This document shows, piece by piece, positions 1 through 7,659 of a DNA stretch of 64,000 nt. A model generated the notes under the pieces. It worked only from the letters and a program-made list of their open reading frames with translations, was not told the DNA's origin and searched no databases. The stretch is from Candidatus Saccharicenans sp. (lineage in GTDB: Bacteria; Acidobacteriota; Aminicenantia; Aminicenantales; Saccharicenantaceae), in NCBI GenBank assembly GCA_029907135.1, contig JARYMJ010000003.1:4472-68471 (forward strand). The letters run 5' to 3'. Position 1 is the stretch's first letter. Each line of letters opens with the position of its first letter. Made by a program: the position numbers and the translations under genes.

Positions 1-32
1 AGGAAAGTCACCAGGCGCGATTTGTCAGACAT
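1..32 (-). CDS. N-terminal ~10 codons of an unidentified gene that runs off the left edge
   Basis: ATG at 32-30 (minus) is preceded by GGAGG (complement of 37-41). The frame MSDKSRLVTF... stays open to position 1. Too short to name. Confidence 0.3.
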   Translation of the reverse strand, partial: MSDKSRLVTF

Positions 33-98
33 AAAGCCTCCTTCATAACCAATCTTAATTACCCTTAAGCTAAAGCTAATGCCCGAAAAAGTCAAAAG

Positions 99-974
99 CT
101 ACCGGGCGTTGCCGGTTATCCCGGGCTGGTAATAATAAGGGGCAAAAAGATCTTTCAGGATGTCCGCCTCGGAATCTGAAATTATCCGGTTCTCCATGAC
201 CACGTTAACCTTAAAACCATTATCGGTCACTTCCACCAGCAGGAAAAAATTGCGTCCCCCAGCCCTGAGATAATCCTTGTGCAAACTGGGACTGCCCCCG
301 CCCGCAATATAGTAGAAAAGGCCATCATAAATCCTGGTCGGTCCGAAGCGATGGTTATGGCCGGCAAAAACGGCCCTGACCCCGGACTGCAGCAGAAGCG
401 GATGGATGGTGGTAAACCAGAACTCTCGCCACTCCAGCCCGACATTTTTGGCCTTCATATCCCAGACCGGCACGTGAACAAAAACAAAAGCCATCTCCCA
501 AGAGGGATTGGCCAGGTCCTGCCGCAGCCAGGCCAGCTGTTCCGGTCCTATTTTCCCCCAGAGTCCATCTTCCAGGTTATCGAGGAGGACAAAGTGATAA
601 CGACCGAAATCGAAGGACAGGTAAGTCCTTTGAAAAATCTCCAGGTAGGTCTTCCTGGCTCGGTTATTAAAGACATCGTGGTTGCCTGGTATCTGGTAAT
701 AGGGTGCTTCCACCCTTTTAATGATTTCCAGGTACCTAGCCCACTGGGGCTGGGTGTTCTTCAGGCCGTAACCATAGATTAAATCCCCGGTGTTAATTAC
801 CAGGTCGGGCTTGAGGGCGTTCGTCTGCTCAATGATTTTTTCGAAAACAGAGAAATCTCTCTGGCTCAAGAAATCGGGATTGGTGTCAGAGACCACCACG
901 AATCTCAGTCTGGCCGGGAAAAGCGGGCTACACAACCAGAGAGAAAGAAGAAGAACAAGGACTGATCTTTTCAT
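99..974 (-). CDS. secreted calcineurin-like metallophosphoesterase
   Basis: Track ORF 99..1010. Motifs VVSDTN, GDLIYGYG, GNHD and GHNH are typical of the metallophosphoesterase fold. The ATG at 974 gives signal peptide MKRSVLVLLLSLWLCSPLFPA; the track start is an upstream TTG at 1010. Stop is TAG. Confidence 0.85.
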   Translation of the reverse strand: MKRSVLVLLLSLWLCSPLFPARLRFVVVSDTNPDFLSQRDFSVFEKIIEQTNALKPDLVINTGDLIYGYGLKNTQPQWARYLEIIKRVEAPYYQIPGNHDVFNNRARKTYLEIFQRTYLSFDFGRYHFVLLDNLEDGLWGKIGPEQLAWLRQDLANPSWEMAFVFVHVPVWDMKAKNVGLEWREFWFTTIHPLLLQSGVRAVFAGHNHRFGPTRIYDGLFYYIAGGGSPSLHKDYLRAGGRNFFLLVEVTDNGFKVNVVMENRIISDSEADILKDLFAPYYYQPGITGNAR

Positions 975-1191
975 GCTGATAATATTATAGTCTCCGATCG
1001 CTACAAACAATAGACCTCCAAGGTAGTCCGGGCATAATTGCTTTCAAATATTTACAACTGAAGATTACAACATAGAGTTGCTCTGATGATCATTCACTGT
1101 GGCCACGATAGATTAATGGGGGCTGGAGGGTGAAGTCTTCGAGACCCCCATAAACCTGGAGCAGGCTCCGAAGCGGTGAATTAATTATAGA

Positions 1192-1968
1192 TCAGAGACG
1201 AAACATGTAACCCAGGGTTAGCATCAACCCGCCGGAGCGGTTTTTACCGGTTATTTCTGGATGGCTCTGGATGTTGGCCAGTCCATAATTGAACCGACCT
1301 CCGAGTAACACCTGGCCCGAACCGACCGGCACTTTCAGTCCCAGCCCGCTGCACAGGCCGTAATTCCAGCGGTTGATTTCCTGGCTGACATCCGTTTCGG
1401 CATCAAAAGGAACCTGCAGGCTGGGGTCGATGGGGATGGAGCCAGCGGAGTCAAGGTAAATCAGGCTGGTGCCGCTGGTCACCGTCTTGACCCTGACCCG
1501 ATAGCCAGCATAAATGCCGGCCTCGACAAAAAACTGCGGACTCTGACCGGTGACCAGTTCAAGCATTACCGGGATTTCCAGGTAATCCAGGATGGTTTCG
1601 TTCTGAAAATAGGCATACAGGGTAACTCCAGGAGGAACGGGCAGCCCCGAGAGCTGGTCAGGAGCCAGCGGTTGCAGGCCGTTCCTCTGTCCGCCCTGGG
1701 AGGAATAAATGAGCCCGGTTTTTAAGAAAGCTGAAGGACTAAGCCTGAACTCCAGGCCGAGACCGAAATAGGGAGCTTTCCTTGAGGTATATCCCTGGCT
1801 GAGCTCGTTGGTGCCGCCCTTCAAGTTCGGCAGGCTGAGACCGCCATGCAGGTTGAACCAGACCTCCCCGGCCATCATCCAGTTAAAAGATAAAACTAAT
1901 GCCAACAGGACCAAGATGTATGTTTTTAATAAGCGCCTGGTTTCCGGAAGAGTTGATAGTCTCTTCAT
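1192..1968 (-). CDS. outer-membrane beta-barrel protein (OmpA-like barrel / porin family)
   Basis: 258-aa ORF with an N-terminal hydrophobic signal. It has Gly/Tyr/Leu-rich alternating beta-strand segments (GLGLEF, GIYAGYRV, YGLCSGLGLKV) and an aromatic C-terminus (LGYMFRL) as in OM barrels. Confidence 0.7.
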   Translation of the reverse strand: MKRLSTLPETRRLLKTYILVLLALVLSFNWMMAGEVWFNLHGGLSLPNLKGGTNELSQGYTSRKAPYFGLGLEFRLSPSAFLKTGLIYSSQGGQRNGLQPLAPDQLSGLPVPPGVTLYAYFQNETILDYLEIPVMLELVTGQSPQFFVEAGIYAGYRVRVKTVTSGTSLIYLDSAGSIPIDPSLQVPFDAETDVSQEINRWNYGLCSGLGLKVPVGSGQVLLGGRFNYGLANIQSHPEITGKNRSGGLMLTLGYMFRL

Positions 1969-2210
1969 TCCCTACCTCCTTCCAGAAAATCGGTCTTAAT
2001 TTTAGTATTTTTTAATCATCATAATCAATATGTTCCCCGGGAAGTCCAAAACGAACCAAAATTATCAAAAATCCCCGCTCCAGGGGTGGGATGGGATTTT
2101 TCTGTGTTTATCATCCCCTTTTGTTACAGGCAAGAAAGAACAACTCAAGTTTCATCCAGGCTACTTCGTATAGTGTTTTTCCCTTGGACTAGGACTCCCC
2201 AACATTTTGT

Positions 2211-2246
2211 CCAGAAAAAGAAAAGGGGCGGCCGGCCAGCCGCCCC
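2211..2246 (-). terminator. rho-independent terminator of the 1088-aa BNR protein gene
   Basis: An 8-bp GC stem GGGGCGGC/GCCGCCCC (2225-2232 / 2239-2246) has a 6-nt loop. On the minus strand it is followed by TTTTCTTTTTCT (complement of 2211-2224). It lies 68 nt past the stop at 2315. Confidence 0.75.
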
Positions 2247-2314
2247 TGGAATATAACTGTTAGGCTCTACCCTCGGCTTTGGACTTGAATTATTTTCTTC
2301 CTTCCGGTGCCGTC

Positions 2315-5300
2315 TTAATCCATCTTTATTGGAGGATAGTTCAGCAACAGGGTAAAACCGGCTTCCTGCAGCAACTTGTTGAGCCCGGCCACATCCTTCT
2401 CATAAAATTCATTAACCTGCCGGACAAAGCCTTCCAGCCTGGCCCTGGCCTTTTCATATTTAACCTGGGCCGGCTGGGTCACTGGCTCATAGCCAGCCGA
2501 AGTCAGGCCACTGACAGCACTGTTGACCTGAGACATCAAGCCCGATGACCTATCGGCCATTCCCTGCCGCGGCGGGGTGGGGTTGAGGGCATCATTCAGG
2601 TCCTTGAGCCTTTTTTCAACTTCATCCAGTTTTTTCATCACTTCCATCATTTTCTGGTTTCTCTGTCCCCGGGAAAATTCCCTGATGGTCTGCAGGGCCC
2701 GCTGGGTCTGCTGTAGCCTCTGGTTCACCTGCTGCAGGGTCCTGGATAGCTTCTGGGCTTCTTTGGCTTTCTCATAATTAGCTTTCAGCACGGCCAGGTC
2801 AACTTTCAGCCTGGGGTCAGGCTTGACTTCGAAATTCTGGCTGACTTCCTGGTCTTCATACTTTATTTTGACCGTGTAAGTTCCTGGCAGGACGGTCAGC
2901 CCGCCCCGACCGCCAAAGAAGCTGGCCGCGGACCGCCCGGATGCCTGGGCCGACATCATTTCCCCGGGCGAAACCGGCTCCATTTCACGGAAGTCCCAGT
3001 AAACCCGGTTGATTCCCTTCTCCTCTGACCCGCTCAGCTGGCGAACGGTTCGGCCCTGGGCGTCGCTGATGGTAATCTGCACCCTTTCCCGGCCCATCAT
3101 CTGCCTCATCATGGTGGCCGCATCCATTCCACTCCGCCCAGCGAACTGGGCCATTCGGGCCTGCATCTGAGCCATTTCCGGGGACGGCGCTTCTGGCTCT
3201 TCCGCATTCTTTTCTGAAGGTGTCAGGAAGTAGGTAATGGTAGCTCCGGCCGGCTTATTCTGGGCCAGGTACTCACCGTCTCCCGGGCTCATGTAGGAAG
3301 ACATCCTCCCTCTCTGAAATTGAATGGCCTCATTGACCCGGAACAGATGGAGTTTCTTTTTCATCACCTCAGCCGAGAGTTCCCGCAGCGGGGAAATATC
3401 ATCAAAAACGTAGATGGCCCGGCCATGGGTGGCTACCAGCAGGTCATGCTCTCGCGGGTGGACAGCAATATCATAAACCGGGCAGGTGGGAAACCCGTTG
3501 GTCCACTTGAACCAGTTCTGACCGCCATTCAGGCTGACAAACAGGCCGAATTCGGTGCCCAGGAACAGCAGGTCCTTGTTTACCGGATCCTCCTCGATGG
3601 CCATGCAGTAACCGTCAATTTCTGGTGTCACCAGGCTTTTCCAGGTCCGACCGAAGTCTCTGGTCACGAACACATAAAGGGCGAAATTGGACCGGCGGTG
3701 GTCATCAAAAACAACATAGGCCGTGCCCGCCTCGAACCGGCTCGGCTTGATATGGGGCACAGCGGCTCCCGCTGGCACCAGCGGCTTCTTGCCCGAGGTC
3801 AGGGACCTGGAGACCAGCTCCCAGCTCTGGCCCCCGTTCCTGGTCAGCTGGATGTTACCATCATCCGTACCCACCCAGATGACTCCCTCCTGGACCGGGC
3901 TGGGGGCGATACTCAGGATGGTGCAGTAATTTTCAGCATTGGACACATCCAGGGTCAGGCCACCGCTATCAGACTGCTTTTGCTTTTCCGGGTCGTTGGT
4001 GGTCAGGTCGGGAGAGATGATTTCCCAGCTCCGGCCCCGGTCCCGGCTGCGGTGGACAAACTGGCTGCCCAGATAAATCGTGGACGGGTTGAAGGGGTCA
4101 ACGGCAAAACCAGCATTCCAGTTGAAGCGGTGCTTGACCTCTGATTCCGTCGGCACGATATTGACGGTGGTCCCGGTGCTGATATCAAAATAATAGAGGT
4201 TACCCCCCTGTGACATCCCGTATCCGCAACCCGGTCTTTCCGGGTCGGGGGCGGCATCAAAGCCGTCGCCTCCACCCACTGTCTTCCAATGATAGGGAGC
4301 GATAGCTCTTTCATTCAGAACGTAGGCCGGTCCAACCCAGGTTCCGTTATCCTGTAGCCCGCCGTAAACATAGTAGGGAATCTGCAGGTCGTAGTTGAGA
4401 TGATAGAATTGGCCCAGGGGCAGGTTCTCGACAAAACGCCAGCTCTGGCCTCGATTGTGACTGATGACCACCCCGCCGTCGTTGCCCACGTAGAGGGTCT
4501 CGCCGTCGGGGCTCAGCCACATGGCATGGAAATCGGAGTGGGCCTGGTTAAAAGCTGTTAGTGGTCTAAAAGTCTTGCCGCCGTCTTCGCTCACCCGGAG
4601 CTGGGTCTGAAGAAGATAGACAACATTCTCATTGACTGGATTGACAAAAACCCGGCTGTAATAGAAGGGGCGATTGTGGATATCGGACTCGTTGTTGACC
4701 AGCGTCCAGTTCTCCCCGCCGTTGGTCGAGCGGTAGAAGCCGTTTTTGCTGGCTTCGACCAGGGCATAGACGATGTTCGGACGTCCGGGAGCAAAAGCCA
4801 CTCCACACCGGCCGAGCTCCCCGGCCGGCAGACCATTTTTCTCGCTCAGCCGGGTCCAGGTCTGACCGCCGTCGCGGGTAACATAGAGGCCGCTGCCCGG
4901 GCCACCGGAAACAAAGAACCAGGGATAGCGACGGTGTTCCCACATGGCCACTATGAGGTGGTTGGGGTCAGACGGGTCCAGGGCCAGGTCGGAGACCCCG
5001 GTCTTTTCATTGACATAAAGAACCTTTTGCCAGGTCCGGCCGCCGTCGGTCGTCCGGTAAACTCCTCTTTCGGGGCTGTCTCCCCAGGTTGCCCCCAGGA
5101 CTCCGACCAGAACCACCTCGGGATTATCCGGGTGGATGATGATATCAGCAATCTTCTCGGTCTTTTCCAACCCCATGAACTGCCAGCTCTGACCGCCGTC
5201 GAGCGACCGGTAAACTCCCCGGCCGACGCTGACTGAATTCCTGGGGGCCGCCTCTCCGGTTCCCACCCAGATGATATTCGGGTTCTTTTGATAAACGGCG

Positions 5301-5581
5301 ATGGCTCCGATGGAAGAGACCGGCTGATTATCAAAAATGGGCTTCCAGGTCAAGCCGCCGTCAACCGACTTCCAGACTCCCCCGGCCGCTCCGCCGACAT
5401 ATATCACCCGGGGGTCTGAAGCCACCGCTTCCATGGCCCCGATCCGGCCGCTCATATTGGCCGGGCCGATATTCCTGGGCTTCAAGCCGGAAAGTAGTTC
5501 CGAGATATTCTGAGCTTGAAGCGGAGCCAGGCCGATGAGCAGCAGAAGCACTGCCAACCAGATTACTGGTTTGAATTTCAT
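2315..5581 (-). CDS. secreted BNR/Asp-box (sortilin/VPS10-like) double beta-propeller protein with ~350-aa C-terminal extension
   Basis: 1088-aa ORF with a signal peptide (MKFKPVIWLAVLLLLIGLAPLQA). It has at least 11 S-x-D-x-G-x-T-W type Asp-boxes (SVDGGLTW, SLDGGQSW, TTDGGRTW, TRDGGQTW, SEDGGKTF, TRNGGQSW, TRDFGRTW, SLNGGQNW ...). It is a paralogue of 11087..13465. Confidence 0.85.
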   Translation of the reverse strand: MKFKPVIWLAVLLLLIGLAPLQAQNISELLSGLKPRNIGPANMSGRIGAMEAVASDPRVIYVGGAAGGVWKSVDGGLTWKPIFDNQPVSSIGAIAVYQKNPNIIWVGTGEAAPRNSVSVGRGVYRSLDGGQSWQFMGLEKTEKIADIIIHPDNPEVVLVGVLGATWGDSPERGVYRTTDGGRTWQKVLYVNEKTGVSDLALDPSDPNHLIVAMWEHRRYPWFFVSGGPGSGLYVTRDGGQTWTRLSEKNGLPAGELGRCGVAFAPGRPNIVYALVEASKNGFYRSTNGGENWTLVNNESDIHNRPFYYSRVFVNPVNENVVYLLQTQLRVSEDGGKTFRPLTAFNQAHSDFHAMWLSPDGETLYVGNDGGVVISHNRGQSWRFVENLPLGQFYHLNYDLQIPYYVYGGLQDNGTWVGPAYVLNERAIAPYHWKTVGGGDGFDAAPDPERPGCGYGMSQGGNLYYFDISTGTTVNIVPTESEVKHRFNWNAGFAVDPFNPSTIYLGSQFVHRSRDRGRSWEIISPDLTTNDPEKQKQSDSGGLTLDVSNAENYCTILSIAPSPVQEGVIWVGTDDGNIQLTRNGGQSWELVSRSLTSGKKPLVPAGAAVPHIKPSRFEAGTAYVVFDDHRRSNFALYVFVTRDFGRTWKSLVTPEIDGYCMAIEEDPVNKDLLFLGTEFGLFVSLNGGQNWFKWTNGFPTCPVYDIAVHPREHDLLVATHGRAIYVFDDISPLRELSAEVMKKKLHLFRVNEAIQFQRGRMSSYMSPGDGEYLAQNKPAGATITYFLTPSEKNAEEPEAPSPEMAQMQARMAQFAGRSGMDAATMMRQMMGRERVQITISDAQGRTVRQLSGSEEKGINRVYWDFREMEPVSPGEMMSAQASGRSAASFFGGRGGLTVLPGTYTVKIKYEDQEVSQNFEVKPDPRLKVDLAVLKANYEKAKEAQKLSRTLQQVNQRLQQTQRALQTIREFSRGQRNQKMMEVMKKLDEVEKRLKDLNDALNPTPPRQGMADRSSGLMSQVNSAVSGLTSAGYEPVTQPAQVKYEKARARLEGFVRQVNEFYEKDVAGLNKLLQEAGFTLLLNYPPIKMD

Positions 5582-5897
5582 AAGGCCTCCTTTCTCTTTT
5601 TAATTTTTTTAAAACAGTTCGCTAATTTTGACGCTCCTGTCAGCCAATTCTTCCTGAGTTTACCCCTGGTCAAAAATTATTTCTGGCTAAAATTGAGCTA
5701 CAAACGAAGCAAGGCCTTACCCACTGCAGCTGCCTGCTATTTCTTAACCCGGCCGGGACGAATGTCCACTCCTGGCCGCAACTCACTCTATTCCATAATA
5801 CCTATTTCCAGGGCAGAATATCCAGATAAATAATAGTCATCCGTTGAAGGGCAGGCGCAGACTTATCCAGTCCCGAGCAAATCATTTGACAGTCTCC

Positions 5898-6676
5898 ATG
5901 ACAAAGACAGAAAATAGGCACCTGGCCGGAACAAAATCCGCAGGAAAACAAGCCGTGTCCATTATTCTTTCTCTGGTGACGGGTTATCTTCTTGGTTCTA
6001 TTTCTCCCTCTTATATCCTGGGCCGGCTGCTGAAGGGCATCGATATCAGGCAACACAGCGACCATAATGCCGGTACCGTAAATACTTACCGGATTCTGGG
6101 ACTCTGGCCGGCAGTAATCACGGCTGTCTTTGACCTTTTCAAAGGACTGCTGGCCATGTACCTGAGCTGGAAGGCCGGGGGCTCGGCCCTGACGGCCATC
6201 GGAGCTATCGCCCTTTTCTTCCTGGTCCTGGACCTGGCCCGGCTGGTTTCAGCCCGGGTTAACATTTTCTTCTTCCAGAAGATAAAAAGGTTCTACCGCT
6301 TAAGTGAACAGAAAAAGTTCTCTTCCATCACCATTTTTCTTTTTGCCCTGTTTCTGACCATCCTGATTTTTGAGAAAAACCTGGCTATCCTGGCGGCCAG
6401 TTTTCTCACCATTGGTGACTTCTTCAGCAAGATTTTCGGGGTGGCTTTTGGCCGGCTCCGGATTTTCAACAAACCCTGGAAGGAAGCCTGGCTCATTTCA
6501 ATGCCTGCCTGATGGCCGGCTATATCCTGGGCCATTATCTGGCTGTGCCCCTGCCCGTATATCTGTCCGGAGCGGCCGCGGCCAGCCTGTTCGAGCTTCT
6601 GCCGCTCGGAGTGGATGACAACTTCAGTGTCTCCCTGCTCAGCGCTTCGGTCATGTCCCTGTTCAAAGTATTCTGA
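5898..6676 (+). pseudogene. frameshifted (or mis-sequenced) membrane protein: PlsY-like N-terminus fused to a CTP-dependent polyprenol/DAG kinase-like domain (CdsA/Sec59/VTE5 superfamily)
   Basis: Track ORF 5844..6512 reads ...GYLLGSISPSYILGRLLKGIDIRQHSDHNAGTVNTYRILG...FDLFKGLL (PlsY-like). It continues ...IGDFFSKIFGVAFGRLRIFNK and then goes out of frame. The frame entered at 6473 continues TLEGSLAHFNACLMAGYILG...FELLPLGVDDNFSVSL...KVF, with stop 6674-6676. That is the canonical K-x-LEGSxA / DDN end of the kinase-like family. The shift maps to the AAACCC run at 6471-6476. Start is uncertain: TTG 5844, ATG 5898 or GTG 5955. Confidence 0.6.
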
Positions 6677-6678
6677 TC

Positions 6679-6734
6679 ATTCCGACCCTGACCTTCATCA
6701 ATCAGGAGAGTGATAAGTCCCAGATTCCGACCCT
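6679..6734. repeat. perfect 11-nt direct repeat ATTCCGACCCT x2 (6679-6689, 6724-6734)
   Basis: Read directly from the sequence. The period is 45 nt, and the first copy starts 3 nt after the stop at 6674-6676. Confidence 0.5.
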
Positions 6735-6885
6735 CAGCCATTAAAAGAATTAAAATAAGAAGCTGATACCAGCTCCAGAAATTTCTGGCCTGGCTGCTTC
6801 TCCTCATCGTGAAGCAGTTCTCAGGAAAAATGAGGCGGGCAAGAAGAAATTGTAAAATCCAGGTTGAGAGCCAGAGCCGGGATTT

Positions 6886-6915
6886 TTGCTTTTAGCTGGC
6901 CGTAAAATGTATAAT
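6886..6915 (+). promoter_or_regulatory. sigma70-type promoter of the flavodoxin-like gene
   Basis: TTGCTT (6886-6891), an 18-nt spacer, then a perfect TATAAT (6910-6915). It lies 30 nt upstream of the ATG at 6945, and AAAGGAG precedes the start. Confidence 0.5.
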
Positions 6916-6944
6916 TAATCGAAACTTCAATTAAAGGAGAGCAA

Positions 6945-7421
6945 ATGTCAAAGACTCTTATCGCCTACGTTTCCAGGCATGGAACCACTGAAAAGGCCGT
7001 GGGCATTCTCAAAGAGGAGCTGCCGGAAGCTGTGGCCTGCAACCTGGTCAGGGAGAGCTGTCCGTCACTCGAAGATTATGACCGGATAATAATCGGTGGC
7101 TCTATCCACGCCGGAAGGATTCAAAAAGCCATAAAGAACTTTTGCCGCCAGAACCTGGCCCTTTTGCTAAAAAAAGAAATTGCCCTGTTCATCTGCTGCA
7201 TGTACGACGGCCAGAAAGCCGAAGACCAGTTCAACCAGGCTTTCCCGGAAGAGCTGAGGCGGGTAGCGAAGTTAAAAGGCATTTTTGGCGGAGAACTGCT
7301 GTTCGAAAAGATGAATTTCCTGGAAAGGACCGTGATCAAAAAATTTATCGGGGTTAAAGAATCAGTGTCCCGTTTCCAGCCCGGAGAAATCAGGGAATTT
7401 GCCCGACGCCTTAAAGGCTGA
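6945..7421 (+). CDS. flavodoxin-domain protein (short-chain, HemG-like size)
   Basis: 158 aa. The N-terminus MSKTLIAYVSRHGTTEKAV is the flavodoxin FMN phosphate-binding loop pattern (S-x-x-G-x-T-E). There is a good SD (AAAGGAGAG). Confidence 0.75.
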   Translation: MSKTLIAYVSRHGTTEKAVGILKEELPEAVACNLVRESCPSLEDYDRIIIGGSIHAGRIQKAIKNFCRQNLALLLKKEIALFICCMYDGQKAEDQFNQAFPEELRRVAKLKGIFGGELLFEKMNFLERTVIKKFIGVKESVSRFQPGEIREFARRLKG

Positions 7422-7659
7422 TGGCTATTCTGGAAGTCAGGTTAGATGAGCTCTGCCGGGCGGCTGAATTCCACGGCCCCAGCCTCCAGAGACTCCAAAA
7501 AACCAGTTAAAGCAGGCCGGCCGTTATTTTTTTATGCGTCAACTCAGGAAATTATTGAAAGAGAGGCCGGAAAAAGGTTCAGCCGGCCGGACTCCCGCTT
7601 GGAGGAAACCAAGAAAAAATTTGATAAGATAATAGGTCAAAGCCAGGAAGGAACTTAAA

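Noticed and set aside
6775-6800. A sigma54 (-24/-12) promoter in CTGGCCTGGCTGCTT.
   Set aside because: The GG-to-GC spacing is 9 nt instead of the required ~12-nt register of TGGCAC-N5-TTGC. No enhancer-binding protein gene is nearby.
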